From: Pseudomonadota bacterium
GTDB lineage: Bacteria; Bdellovibrionota; UBA1018; CAIMNF01
Reading direction: 5' to 3'
Length of the DNA stretch: 64,000 nt
NCBI GenBank assembly: GCA_027488515.1
Contig: JAIYBN010000003.1
Span: 14,752 to 78,751, forward strand
The translations under genes and the position numbers were made by a program. The notes beneath the pieces are model-generated. The model saw nothing but the letters and a program-made list of their open reading frames with translations, ran no database searches and was not told the origin of the DNA. Shown here one piece after another: positions 31,102 through 40,944 of this stretch (within the stretch, counting starts at the first letter, position 1; every line of letters starts with the position of its first letter).

Positions 31102-31836
31102 ATGGCAAATCACCGGAATTCCAAGCAAAAAGGTCGCGTGAGCCTGGAGAGGGCCTTGTCGAAGCTCGGGCTCTGCTCCCGGACGGAAGCCCGGGAATGG
31201 ATCGAGGCGGGCAGGGTCAAGGTGCACGGATCGGTGGAGCGTGATCCGCTCCGGCAGGTGAACCCCGATACCGCCCACATGGAAGTCGACGGACTGAAGG
31301 CAACCCGGAATGAAGGACGCCTCATCCTTCTCCACAAGCCCACCGGGGTGTTGACCACCAAGCGTGATCCCGAGGGTCGGCCCACCCTTTACACCTTGTT
31401 GCCGCCGGAACTTCATTCGCTCCATTCGGTCGGCAGGCTCGACCTTCACACCAGCGGTTTGTTGCTGTTGACCAATCTCACCCGGCTTTCGAGCTTTTTG
31501 ACCGATCCGGTCAACGCCATTCCCCGGATATACATTGTGGGAGTGGAGGGCCGCGTGATCGAGGAGGTGCTCGGCAAGATGGAGGCGGGGATCGAGGACC
31601 AAGGAGAAATCTTGAAAGCCCGGTCGGCCACTCTTCTCAAAGCGAGCGGAAAAGAGAGCTTGCTCCGTCTCGAGTTGGTGGAGGGGAAGAATCGCGAAGT
31701 CAGAAGACTTTGCGCCGGAACGGGTCATGAGGTCCGCAGTCTCAAGAGGGTGTCGTTCGGGCCCTTTGAGCTCGGGGAGCTCGCTCCGGGGAGTTGGCGG
31801 GAAGAAGATCCGGCCAAGATCAACGGTTTCAGTTGA
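31102..31836 (+). CDS. rRNA pseudouridine synthase, RsuA/RluB family
   Basis: S4 domain (LSKLGLCSRTEA), HKPTG, VGRLDLHTSGLLLLTN, EGKNREVRR. Confidence 0.9.
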   Translation: MANHRNSKQKGRVSLERALSKLGLCSRTEAREWIEAGRVKVHGSVERDPLRQVNPDTAHMEVDGLKATRNEGRLILLHKPTGVLTTKRDPEGRPTLYTLLPPELHSLHSVGRLDLHTSGLLLLTNLTRLSSFLTDPVNAIPRIYIVGVEGRVIEEVLGKMEAGIEDQGEILKARSATLLKASGKESLLRLELVEGKNREVRRLCAGTGHEVRSLKRVSFGPFELGELAPGSWREEDPAKINGFS

Positions 31837-31897
31837 GTTGCGGGTAGGGCTTGAGATGGCTCGTGCCTCCCGATAGACTGAGGGAAGGGAGAAACAC

Positions 31898-32143
31898 ATG
31901 AACGCGTTCCTGAAGAGACTGAAATCAAATGAGGGTTTCACCCTGGTGGAGATGATGATCGTAGGAGCGATCCTTTCGGTCATGGTCCTCGCCTTCACGG
32001 GGTACATGTACCAGCAGGCCCGTCAGACGAAATCCATGAGTGAGAAGCAGAGCTACAATCAATTGAAGGCGAACGTCCTCAATGCGACCACTCAGCCGGA
32101 TACCTTGACCGCGTCTGAGGCGATCACCTTCGACAAACTCTGA
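31898..32143 (+). CDS. Small type IV pilin-like protein (class III signal peptide)
   Basis: KSNEG|FTLVEMMIV prepilin cleavage site with E5 and a hydrophobic helix; strong RBS. Confidence 0.85.
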   Translation: MNAFLKRLKSNEGFTLVEMMIVGAILSVMVLAFTGYMYQQARQTKSMSEKQSYNQLKANVLNATTQPDTLTASEAITFDKL

Positions 32144-32153
32144 TTCGCTCATC

Positions 32154-32987
32154 TCAGCCGTTCAACAAACGAAGCGCTTGTTCCGGTTGGGTGTTGGCTT
32201 GAGCCAGAACAGCGGTTCCGGCTTCTCTCAGGATCTTGTTCCGGGCCAGGTCACCGGTTTCGCTGGCGACATCGGCGTCCTTGATTCGGCTGTTTGCGGC
32301 GCTCAGATTCTGGTGGCTCGTGCCCAAATTGTCCGCGATGGTGGAGAAACGGCTCTGGAGCGCACCCAGTGTGGAGCGGTAAGAGCTCACACTGTCGAGA
32401 GCGAAATCGATGTCCGCCAAGTGCTCACGGGCGGATTCCTTGGTGGTAAAATCGAGCCCGTGCAATCCGAGGCGATCCGAACTGAAATTGAATTTCCGGC
32501 GGTCAACGCCGAGAGTGTTGTTCTCGTCTGCATGGATGCCCACTTGGACTTCGAAGCCCGGCCAAGTGCCCCCGCCATTCAGGATTTTCTTACCGTTGTA
32601 TTCGGTGGTGCTGACGACCCGGTCGATCTCGGCTTTGGTTTGCTGAACCTCGCGGTTGATCATGCGTCTCTCGGTGTCGCTGATGGTATCGGAAGAAGCT
32701 TGGATTCCCAGTTCCCGCATCCGGATGAGTTTGTCACTGATGGTTTGGACCGCACCTTCGGCCACTTGAACCATCGAAATCCCGTCGTTGGTGTTTCGAA
32801 GAGCGGCCTGGGTCGAGCGGATGTTGGCATTGAGGGAAGTGGAAACGGAGTACCCGGCGGCGTCTTCGCTGGCCTCAGTGATCCGACTGCCTGTCGACAA
32901 ATGGTTCATCGTCTTGTCTTCAGCGGATTGGGTCCGCTCAAGATGGCGATGGGCATTGATCGCTGAGGTGTTGGTACTGATCCGCAT
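32154..32987 (-). CDS. fliC: Flagellin (short, D0/D1 only)
   Basis: MRISTN, LSTGSRI..ASEDAAG, NTNDGISMVQVAEG, SRIKDADVA, AVLAQAN. Confidence 0.95.
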   Translation of the reverse strand: MRISTNTSAINAHRHLERTQSAEDKTMNHLSTGSRITEASEDAAGYSVSTSLNANIRSTQAALRNTNDGISMVQVAEGAVQTISDKLIRMRELGIQASSDTISDTERRMINREVQQTKAEIDRVVSTTEYNGKKILNGGGTWPGFEVQVGIHADENNTLGVDRRKFNFSSDRLGLHGLDFTTKESAREHLADIDFALDSVSSYRSTLGALQSRFSTIADNLGTSHQNLSAANSRIKDADVASETGDLARNKILREAGTAVLAQANTQPEQALRLLNG

Positions 32988-33067
32988 CTTTTGAATCGCC
33001 GCGCCCGACCGATATGGTCAGGTATTCGCGTACTCCTTTCTTCCGGGGATAGACCCCTTCATCGGTT

Positions 33068-33095
33068 TTATCGGTGGGTGGTGGTCAAAACTTGA
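33068..33095 (-). promoter_or_regulatory. Sigma-28 (FliA) promoter of the flagellin gene
   Basis: Minus strand TCAAGTTT-N12-ACCGATAA versus consensus TAAAGTTT-N11-GCCGATAA. Confidence 0.65.
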
Positions 33096-33134
33096 CACTC
33101 ATGTCATAAAAATCAACAATCCACCTATTAATCC

Positions 33135-33860
33135 ATGTTTTTACTCAGATTATTCTTTGTGACTTTTGCGCTATGCGTTGACACTTCTGCCTTCGCTTGG
33201 GTGGAGTACGGGGTATCTGCGGGAAGTGCTTTTCATTACCTGAGTTCGACGAATGCGTTCGGTTCCAATTTGAAGCTGACCGGGCGCCCCGCACCCGAGT
33301 TTCGTACTTATGCCGTCATCAATTTCAATCAGGATTACGATCAGTTGAACTTCTTCCTGTCCGGACGCCAGTACACCTATGAGACTCCGTCCGGGGCCGC
33401 CAGCATGATCCATAACGGACATTACTTCCTGGGCGGCGGGTTCGATTATGCGAGTTTTTCGTCTTTCGGGCACTATCACCTCGGGTTGGATCTCTTTCAG
33501 CGTCCGCTCGGCATGCCGATCGATTCCCAGACGATTTTGTTGAAGAAGGTGGTGGCTTTGTCCATCCCGCTGGAGCTCGCCACCAAGCTGATTGTTCTTG
33601 AGAAACAACTGATGCGGGCCGGGGCCTATGGGGCTTTTGCGTTGCCTTGGTTTGAGAATGCAGTGAGTGGCTATCGGGCCGGAGCCTTTGTGGACATTGA
33701 GCGCCGGGGGGTGACCCGATTCACCCTGCGGGGCTATTATGAAGTGAAGGCCATGGACCAAGCTACCGTTCATCAGGATGAAGTGGAAATCGGGTTCCAG
33801 CTCAAGATCGGCTTCCCGGGCAGGAAGGGGCTTACGCCTCCCCCGGATGAGCGCGAATGA
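33135..33860 (+). CDS. Exported hypothetical protein, probable outer-membrane beta-barrel
   Basis: Signal peptide (SAFA), alternating aromatic beta-strands, terminal strand EIGFQLKIGF. Confidence 0.65.
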   Translation: MFLLRLFFVTFALCVDTSAFAWVEYGVSAGSAFHYLSSTNAFGSNLKLTGRPAPEFRTYAVINFNQDYDQLNFFLSGRQYTYETPSGAASMIHNGHYFLGGGFDYASFSSFGHYHLGLDLFQRPLGMPIDSQTILLKKVVALSIPLELATKLIVLEKQLMRAGAYGAFALPWFENAVSGYRAGAFVDIERRGVTRFTLRGYYEVKAMDQATVHQDEVEIGFQLKIGFPGRKGLTPPPDERE

Positions 33861-33979
33861 GAACGTTTTGATGCATTCATAAACAATTCTTATTTAGGAA
33901 TTGGCACTTTTTGCCGATTGGATATCCTGATGCCAGTCTAAAGACCACCGAATTCTCCCCTGACTGAGAGGACCGTTCA

Positions 33980-35011
33980 TTGAGACTCGCTGCGATCTAC
34001 ATCTTGTTTTTGATTCTCGGTGTCTCATTTGAAGTTCGTGCTCAAGTGAGTGAAGGGCTTCCAGAATTGAAGTCTCTTTGTAGCGAGGCACCTCCCCCCG
34101 CGGGTTTGCTTGTCATCGACAACGGATTCTGCCACCACTATCTGGAAGCTGAAGCGGAAGCCGAGGCCAAGGTGACCATCCCTGCCTTGGAAAAAGTCGG
34201 GGAGACCGCCGCCTGTGCATCAAGCCCGCTCCCGAGTCCCACTCCGGTGGCCGATCGCTGGAAGATTCGTCTCTATGCGAGTCACTCGTTCACCACCTAC
34301 TTCCACTCGGATGTAAAGTTCAACTCCTCGCGGTACCAGGTGGAGGTGAAGGATTATGAGTGGGCCGAACGTGGATCCCGAAGCTACTTCAATCCCGCAT
34401 ATTGGGGCGAAGAAGGACGGAACCCGTTTCAGTTCATCGATGAGCCTTCGAACACTTTTACCGTCAGTATCGAAAAGAACGGAAACGAGTTTTTCCTGAC
34501 TTCCTTTCATCCCAAATACCTCCAGAAGGACGGTCAGGTGAAGACCATGATCGGTACGGTCGACGGGGTTGCCGTGAATGGTCCTTTGGCTGTCCCGATT
34601 GTCGAGAACCGGAACACCTACCGCCAGATCACCCTCGAGGGCGGTTATGGCCATCGCTTCAAATTGTTGGATTCCAGGCACGGGAATCTGACTTACGTAC
34701 CCTCGGTTTCGGCCGGGATCATGATCGGTGGAAATGTGAGTCGGGTGACGGATCCTGCCACCGGAGGAGCGACTCCGGCTGACCAAGATGCCTTCCGGGT
34801 TCAAGGCTTCGGGGGCAGTTTGACCAACCGGATCGAGTTCAACACCAAGAAGGAACGCTTCGGGATTTTCTACGAAAACAAGCTCAGCGGTTTTGATTTG
34901 AAGCATGGATTCGAGGATGGAACCCAGTCTTACCGTCTCGGTTACATGGGGAACAGCGTGGGCATGAAGTTCATGCTCTACAACCCGGCCAATCACAAAA
35001 AAAGGAACTGA
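33980..35011 (+). CDS. Exported hypothetical protein, probable outer-membrane beta-barrel
   Basis: Signal peptide (VRA), amphipathic strands (LEGGYGHRF, NSVGMKFMLY). Confidence 0.65.
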   Translation: MRLAAIYILFLILGVSFEVRAQVSEGLPELKSLCSEAPPPAGLLVIDNGFCHHYLEAEAEAEAKVTIPALEKVGETAACASSPLPSPTPVADRWKIRLYASHSFTTYFHSDVKFNSSRYQVEVKDYEWAERGSRSYFNPAYWGEEGRNPFQFIDEPSNTFTVSIEKNGNEFFLTSFHPKYLQKDGQVKTMIGTVDGVAVNGPLAVPIVENRNTYRQITLEGGYGHRFKLLDSRHGNLTYVPSVSAGIMIGGNVSRVTDPATGGATPADQDAFRVQGFGGSLTNRIEFNTKKERFGIFYENKLSGFDLKHGFEDGTQSYRLGYMGNSVGMKFMLYNPANHKKRN

Positions 35012-35646
35012 TTGCCGGAGAGCGAGCCTCGGATTCCGTGCAACCCTAGTGCGATCAAGAGCCATCCGGTTCCACGAATCAGGCGGATCAAGGTGGATTC
35101 CGGGACAGCATTTCCTGAGCGCGAGAGCCACCGGAGCATCCCCGTGAACCACAGCACGATTCCGATCCCTGCACCCGTTGCGAAGGCCACGGATTCCGGA
35201 GCCGCCAGCTCGATCATCCGCCAGCCGTGAATCCAAGCCAAGACAGTGGTCCAGGTCACCATCAAGGTAGGATTGAGGATGCTGACCAGGAAGCCGATTC
35301 CAAAGGGGCCTCTTTTTCCGACCTTTGTGGGTTGGCTTCCATCGGGAGCGTTCTTGATCGAGCCGGCCTTCAAGACAAAGTACACACCGAGACCGGTCAG
35401 GATCAGGCTCGCCAGGGATCGGGCGAGGGTGTCCACGACAGGGAAGCTCTGGAGCAGAGTGGCGTAGCCGAGGCAGGCCAATAGGACGTAAACCGACTCA
35501 GCCAGAGCCGCTCCGGAGGCCAGAAGTCGACCCTCTGCCTCGCGCTGCTGAAGGCCCAGTTTGACGATCATCGCCGATACCGGCCCCGCGACCGGTATGG
35601 CACCGAAGAATCCGAAGAGTGCACCGAGTAAAAGAGCCAGTCCCAT
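34993..35646 (-). CDS. LysE family translocator
   Basis: AIPVAGPVS, GAALAE, GFLVSILNP, six TM segments. Confidence 0.82.
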   Translation of the reverse strand: MGLALLLGALFGFFGAIPVAGPVSAMIVKLGLQQREAEGRLLASGAALAESVYVLLACLGYATLLQSFPVVDTLARSLASLILTGLGVYFVLKAGSIKNAPDGSQPTKVGKRGPFGIGFLVSILNPTLMVTWTTVLAWIHGWRMIELAAPESVAFATGAGIGIVLWFTGMLRWLSRSGNAVPESTLIRLIRGTGWLLIALGLHGIRGSLSGNQFLFL

Positions 35647-35738
35647 CTGGACCCGATCTTACCTGCTCTGCAAAGGAATGACAGGGTGAATCTCACAAGA
35701 CCGTGGACGGTCAGGTTCCTTTCGGAGAAGATCAGGAC

Positions 35739-36449
35739 GTGCAAGTGAACACCAAGCGAAACAAATTGGTTTATGATTGGCCCACACGGATTTTTCATTG
35801 GAGCTTTGCCTTCGGTTTTCTGCTGGCTTTCGCGATCGCCAAAACCCAAGACGAGGACTCTTTCCGTTTTCCGATTCACATGCTGATCGGTCTGGTTTGG
35901 TCTTCACTCATCCTCTTCCGGATCCTGTGGGGACGGGTGGGCAGTGCTCATGCGCAGTTCTCGGGGTTCAATCTTGGCGCAACTTCGTTGATCTCTTACG
36001 TGAAGTCTTTTTTCGGGGGCCGGGAGCGGGAGCCCGCAGGGCACAACCCTGCATCGAGTTGGGTGGCGGTGCTGATGTTGATTCTCGGTAGCGGGCTGGT
36101 CTTGAGCGGTCTCCTGATGATCAACGGTCAGGCGGGGGAAATTGGAGAAGAAGTCCACGAATGGTGCGGAACCGGTTTTCTCATTCTGGCCGGGGCCCAT
36201 GTGGCCGGTGTGTTGATCCATCTGCTTCGTAAAAAAGACGGGATCGCCTTCAGTATGCTGGACGGAAAGAAAGTCCAAGACACTCTCGGCGATGGCATCC
36301 CGGATTCCAGGCCGGTTTCGGGCGTACTCCTCGCGATCAGTCTGATCGGGTTGGCGACCGGTGTTTACCGGTCCTACGACTCGCCAACCCGAACGCTCAA
36401 AATTGCCGGTTTCACTATGGTTTTGGGTGATGCCGAAGAGCGGGACTGA
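35739..36449 (+). CDS. Cytochrome b/b6-domain membrane protein (Ni-hydrogenase cyt b-like)
   Basis: YDWPTRIFHW, IHMLIG, GHNP, EEVHE, AHVAG heme-ligand His pattern; start uncertain. Confidence 0.82.
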   Translation: MQVNTKRNKLVYDWPTRIFHWSFAFGFLLAFAIAKTQDEDSFRFPIHMLIGLVWSSLILFRILWGRVGSAHAQFSGFNLGATSLISYVKSFFGGREREPAGHNPASSWVAVLMLILGSGLVLSGLLMINGQAGEIGEEVHEWCGTGFLILAGAHVAGVLIHLLRKKDGIAFSMLDGKKVQDTLGDGIPDSRPVSGVLLAISLIGLATGVYRSYDSPTRTLKIAGFTMVLGDAEERD

Positions 36450-36455
36450 TCCACC

Positions 36456-37352
36456 ATGGGGCACGATCATCATCACCACCACCATCATGATCCTTCAGAG
36501 TCCGGAAACCTGAGCGGCGTCTTTGCCTGGAGCATCGGCTTGAATCTCCTTTTGGTGTTGGTTCAGGCTTGGGCGGGATGGCGATACGGGTCACTGGCCC
36601 TCCTTTCGGATGCCGGACACAATGCCGGAGATGTGGCAGGGCTTTTGTTGGCTTGGGTTGCCTGGAGTGTTTCGCATTGGAAACCCTCTGCGCGATTCAC
36701 ATACGGGATGAAAGGGGCTTCCACTTACGCACCCATTTTCCAGTCCGTGCTGATCCTTTTTGCCATGGGAATGATCGCCTGGGAGGCCGTGCATCGTCTC
36801 TCGGGTGCTTCGGCGGCCCACCTCGAATCGGGTATGACGATGGCATTCGCGGCTCTCGGGATCCTGATCAACGGCGGCTCTGCGTGGTTGTTTCTGAAAA
36901 ACCAGGGAAACGATCTGAACCTGAAAGGTGCTTATCTGCATTTGATGGCTGATGCCCTGGTGTCGGTCGGTGTCCTCGTGTCGGCAGGGGTGATTGCATG
37001 GACCGGGTGGGTTTGGGTCGATGCGGTCGTCAGCCTCGGCGTTTGTGTCTGGGTGTTGAAGAGCACCTGGGGTTTGTTGTCATCCTCGGTTCGCCTGGCC
37101 CTCCAGGCGGCGCCGGATGAAATCGATCTTGCTGAAATCGAAAAGGCATTGCTTGAAATCGATGGAGTTTCAGAAGTGCATGACCTTCATGTCTGGAACG
37201 TCGGGAGTGCCCACACGGTGCTCAGTTGCCATCTCGCGATTTCGGACCGGGGATCGTGGGAAGAGATTCTGAGTCATGCGACCCACCTCGTGCGCGAGGA
37301 CTTCGGCATGGATCACTCCACCATCCAAATCGAATCCGTCCAGAGTGATTGA
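36456..37352 (+). CDS. czcD: Cation diffusion facilitator (CzcD/ZitB-like Zn/Co/Cd exporter)
   Basis: His-rich N-terminus, SLALLSDAGHN, GAYLHLMADA, VHDLHVW, HSTIQIE. Confidence 0.88.
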   Translation: MGHDHHHHHHHDPSESGNLSGVFAWSIGLNLLLVLVQAWAGWRYGSLALLSDAGHNAGDVAGLLLAWVAWSVSHWKPSARFTYGMKGASTYAPIFQSVLILFAMGMIAWEAVHRLSGASAAHLESGMTMAFAALGILINGGSAWLFLKNQGNDLNLKGAYLHLMADALVSVGVLVSAGVIAWTGWVWVDAVVSLGVCVWVLKSTWGLLSSSVRLALQAAPDEIDLAEIEKALLEIDGVSEVHDLHVWNVGSAHTVLSCHLAISDRGSWEEILSHATHLVREDFGMDHSTIQIESVQSD

Positions 37353-37355
37353 AAC

Positions 37356-37667
37356 TCAGGGGCAATCGGATGTCGGTCTGAACCGGAAGCGGTGACGGAG
37401 CCGGGTCTCGGTTCCATCTGCAGCCTGGTGCTTGAGGCGACAGCTCAGGATCAGTTGGCCGGTCTCGATTTCATTCTTGAGGCGGCTTTCGTTCTTACAA
37501 AGAGAAACACAGGTCGCGAGGTCCATGTCCCGGTAGCGAATCGTGGTCACCATGATTCCGCTCTCACTCAGTGACGTGCTGACCACCTTGAGTCGGCAAT
37601 GGTTGTAAACGGGCTCGGCCAGAGCAACAGCTGAAACGAAGGGCACTAGAACCAAGAAGAACTTCAT
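37356..37667 (-). CDS. Small exported hypothetical protein (5 Cys)
   Basis: Signal peptide MKFFLVLVPFVSAVALA. Confidence 0.6.
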   Translation of the reverse strand: MKFFLVLVPFVSAVALAEPVYNHCRLKVVSTSLSESGIMVTTIRYRDMDLATCVSLCKNESRLKNEIETGQLILSCRLKHQAADGTETRLRHRFRFRPTSDCP

Positions 37668-37880
37668 GGCTGAGCTTTTATTCCGACCGGAGGCGCTTGA
37701 CCAGCCTAAAAATCAGCGGGATTGATTGAGTGGTGAAGGGGGTGTAGGTCCGGTTTGACGCACCGCTCTTGGGCGCGTTATCCTTTCTCAGGGGGGTGCG
37801 TTTGGGGATTTCGACACTCATTCTGAGTGAGCAAATCCGGAAAAGTTCGAAACAGGATGAGGCGAAGTGAACCGGCGTCG

Positions 37881-39878
37881 TCACCAGATTCTGGGATAAG
37901 TGCTTGGAGCAAAAGTCCACGGGAATCCCCAAAAATAAAGCAAGTCGGGGTTCTGAATTTGGGCGATCGAATAGGGAACCGGTGCGGTGCCTGTGATGGT
38001 GGAGGCATTGCCCGCGCATTGGTCACCGCCGGTGATGCTGGACAGCACATAGACGCCTGTCATGGGAACTGCGCCCGACCAGGACCGATACTGGGCATCA
38101 CCCAAAATCCGCCCTCGATTCGCAATTCCACTCACACTTCCGGCAAAATATGAATTCGACAAGGCGATGTTCAGAGTGGGTGCGGCCGGATTTCCTCCCA
38201 TGGCGCCGATCAGTCCTCCTCCCTTCGAGGCAGACCCCAGGGTGGCCACTGAACCGATGTTGGTGAACTGATCCCCGGCAGTGGCGAATCCGATCACCCC
38301 TCCGACGAATTCGGCTCCGGAAAAGGTTCCGGTCGAAACCGCTCCATCGAGCCAGATGGAGGCCGCAGGCTTTCCTCCCACCACGTCATGCCCGATTTGG
38401 GAGGCTCCGATCACACCGCCCAGGGTATTTCCAATGTTGTTACTCGACAATCCGGTCACAGAGATCCTGCTGAACTTGATGAGCGTATCAGTCGACACGA
38501 CTCCGATGGCTCCACCCGCCACGCTCCAGAATGAATTTCCATCGTGGAGCTGGGTGTTCGAGATCTTGATCAGATCCACGGCACCCCCGCCATAAAGGTC
38601 GGCTGCGGTAGCGGTGTAAATTCCGATGAGTCCCCCGAAAACCTGTGCGGAGATGATCGTGCTGTTCAGGACGGTGATGTTGGAAATCAAACTGTTATGG
38701 GCGGAACCAGCCAACGCGGCGACGAGGGTTTTTGCTGCAGCCGATATCGTGAAATTGTCGAGGACCAGATTCTTGACCACGCTTCCTGCTGTTAGAACCC
38801 GGAAAAGTCCCACGCCCGGGTCAGGGAGGGCATCCGTGTAGGAATAGTTTGAAAGAGTGAAGTTCTGACCGTCAAATGATCCGGAAAACGTCGGAATCGG
38901 ATCCATCGAAAATGCGGTGAAGTCAATGCTTGCGGTCAGGATATAAGCTTTGGACGGCTCTAATCGAATGCAGTCTCTGAATTGGGTGGCGGTTGAGATC
39001 TGGTAGGGGGAGGTGCTGCTGCCGTCTCCGGCCACACCCATGCCTTGACACGGCGAAGCTCCTGCCGGGATGTTGAGCTCATTCACCCCCCGTAGTGCGA
39101 CGTTCGAACAGACTTGGGTCAAGGTACCGTTCTTCATCAAGCACACCGGGATGGTGGCTGTTCCTGCGCCCATTTTCCCGGACACCTTGCCGGTTGAAGA
39201 ATCAATGATGACACCGGCTGGAACCGCGTTGACATCCGTCGGGACGAATTTCAGATCAATCGAGCCATAGGGGTCCGTGTAGGAGTAGCTCGGGGACATC
39301 GAATGCGAAAAGGAGCGATCCGTCAGAAAAAAAGACTGGCTGGGATACGATAGAGTCAAGCCAGTGGCCGGAGTGTCCCATGACATTTGAACCGTATGAG
39401 CGGCGGAATCGTTGTAGGTCACTCCGTTTTCGATGAAATCATAGTTCAATGAAGGAGTGGCCAGCACATCTCCTGCCGAGACATCCTGATAGCGGATGAA
39501 AGCTCGACAGGTGGTGGCCCCGATCAGGGTCACACCCAGGCAGTTTTGCACATCCATGTCAGCGCCTTGTGCTATGGGGTTGTCGGAAATTCCAGTAATG
39601 GTCACGGGAATGCTTTGCGATGGATTTGAAATTTCGAACTCTTCGGTGAATTGCACACCGGTCACGATCGAGGAGGGTGGGTTTTGGGACAGGCGCACGA
39701 TGTTCAGGCCGGGGCCCGCGGGAGGGGTTGCAGGTGGATTGGTGTTTTCAGTCGGGGAGCTGGATGCGCCATCGAGTCCAAAATCGGCCATGCGGACCCT
39801 GCCACATCCCGAAATGATCAGGAGCAGGACCGTTGGAAGGACCCATGATGAGGCAACCCCGAATTTCAAACTCAACAC
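37881..39878 (-). CDS. Large surface lipoprotein with Ig-like domains and GLUG-type beta-helix
   Basis: Lipobox IISG-C; GDGSSTSPYQIST...FSGSFDGQNFTLSN...GLF and repeated xGGLIG/VGGVIG motifs. Confidence 0.75.
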   Translation of the reverse strand: MLSLKFGVASSWVLPTVLLLIISGCGRVRMADFGLDGASSSPTENTNPPATPPAGPGLNIVRLSQNPPSSIVTGVQFTEEFEISNPSQSIPVTITGISDNPIAQGADMDVQNCLGVTLIGATTCRAFIRYQDVSAGDVLATPSLNYDFIENGVTYNDSAAHTVQMSWDTPATGLTLSYPSQSFFLTDRSFSHSMSPSYSYTDPYGSIDLKFVPTDVNAVPAGVIIDSSTGKVSGKMGAGTATIPVCLMKNGTLTQVCSNVALRGVNELNIPAGASPCQGMGVAGDGSSTSPYQISTATQFRDCIRLEPSKAYILTASIDFTAFSMDPIPTFSGSFDGQNFTLSNYSYTDALPDPGVGLFRVLTAGSVVKNLVLDNFTISAAAKTLVAALAGSAHNSLISNITVLNSTIISAQVFGGLIGIYTATAADLYGGGAVDLIKISNTQLHDGNSFWSVAGGAIGVVSTDTLIKFSRISVTGLSSNNIGNTLGGVIGASQIGHDVVGGKPAASIWLDGAVSTGTFSGAEFVGGVIGFATAGDQFTNIGSVATLGSASKGGGLIGAMGGNPAAPTLNIALSNSYFAGSVSGIANRGRILGDAQYRSWSGAVPMTGVYVLSSITGGDQCAGNASTITGTAPVPYSIAQIQNPDLLYFWGFPWTFAPSTYPRIW

Positions 39879-39936
39879 CCCGCGTTTAGTTTATCAATCC
39901 GGAGTGGCGGGCAAAAGTGTCCGAGGTGACACAGGG

Positions 39937-40845
39937 CTAAATCTCAAACCTGAGGCCTAGATTCAACCCAAAGCGCTGGAAATCGGTTTTGCGGTCTTCT
40001 ACCTTGCTTCCGACCAGAACCGACAGGTCGGCTGCGTCCACTGTGAATTCTGAGACATCGGCATAAGAAAAGTCGACATTGAGGTCCAGGAAGAGGCCTT
40101 TCAATCCGAGTGGAATCAATGCACCGGTGCCGAAATTGAATTCAAAGGTGGTTCCTGAAGCCTTGAAGCCAAAGGGATAGGGCAGGCGGAAGTCTCCGCT
40201 GAAGTGGAAATAGCCGATCCCGACTTCGGCATAGGTCCGGATCCAATCCCAAGGCAGGTACTTCACTGTGAACATGCCCCCGAGGTCGACCGACTGGCTC
40301 ACCGACAGGAGTGTCCCGGGAAAATTTCCTGTGACAGCGCCAATGTTGATTTCTCGATCGTAGGGTTGCTCGGCACTCCAGCGGGTGTACTGCACGAAGA
40401 ACAGCAAGTCTTCGCTTTTGCCGAATCCGAGTCTGGCCCGATAACCGGGCTTAGCCGTCATGGTGCCGGACTCGGTACGGATTCCGTCCCCCTCGATGGT
40501 GAACCCGTTGGCTTGGGTCCCTTTCACCAGTGAAACGAGTCCATGGACGGATCCCATGATCACTGTCCGGGTGGCTGTTTTTTTCGGCTTCTTCTTCAGC
40601 GTTTCGAAGCAGTCGGTCCGTGCCCGGTAGGTCGCACCACCGTGTCTGAACAGGAGGGTGCCGGGCAGGGCTTGGGATGGAGTCGTCGCGTAAAGTCCCG
40701 GTGAAAGTTCTTCCGGGCTTGCGTCGACCCACGCTCGATTCTGTCCCTTCTTGAGCTCGCAGCCGGACCCGCCTTCGTAACGCTTCAATTCCCCGCTTTG
40801 GGCCTTTGCGGCAAACAGCGAAAGAAAGAGCCAGACGAGGGTCAT
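39937..40845 (-). CDS. Outer-membrane beta-barrel protein with small N-terminal domain
   Basis: Signal peptide (AKA); YAEVGIGY strand; C-terminal FGLNLGLRFEI BAM-type strand. Confidence 0.7.
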   Translation of the reverse strand: MTLVWLFLSLFAAKAQSGELKRYEGGSGCELKKGQNRAWVDASPEELSPGLYATTPSQALPGTLLFRHGGATYRARTDCFETLKKKPKKTATRTVIMGSVHGLVSLVKGTQANGFTIEGDGIRTESGTMTAKPGYRARLGFGKSEDLLFFVQYTRWSAEQPYDREINIGAVTGNFPGTLLSVSQSVDLGGMFTVKYLPWDWIRTYAEVGIGYFHFSGDFRLPYPFGFKASGTTFEFNFGTGALIPLGLKGLFLDLNVDFSYADVSEFTVDAADLSVLVGSKVEDRKTDFQRFGLNLGLRFEI

Positions 40846-40944
40846 GTTCAGAGGATATCAGCTCCGTCCGGATCGAGAAAGTCTGAAGGCCGTCAAAATG
40901 ATGTCTCTCTTGTGCGACAAGTCGGGGGGAGCTAAGGTGGAGAT

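Noticed and set aside
33899-33919. TTGGCAC...TTGC resembling a sigma-54 promoter
   Set aside because: GG-GC spacing is N8 rather than the required N10; it reads better as an imperfect inverted repeat.
36462-36490. CAT/CAC run as a microsatellite or engineered His tag
   Set aside because: Natural His-rich N-terminus typical of CDF transporters.
37828-37875. GCAAA...GAAA...GGCGAAG resembling a c-di-GMP-I riboswitch
   Set aside because: Poor match to GACGCAAAG, no P2 stem, and it points into the 3' end of an opposite-strand gene.
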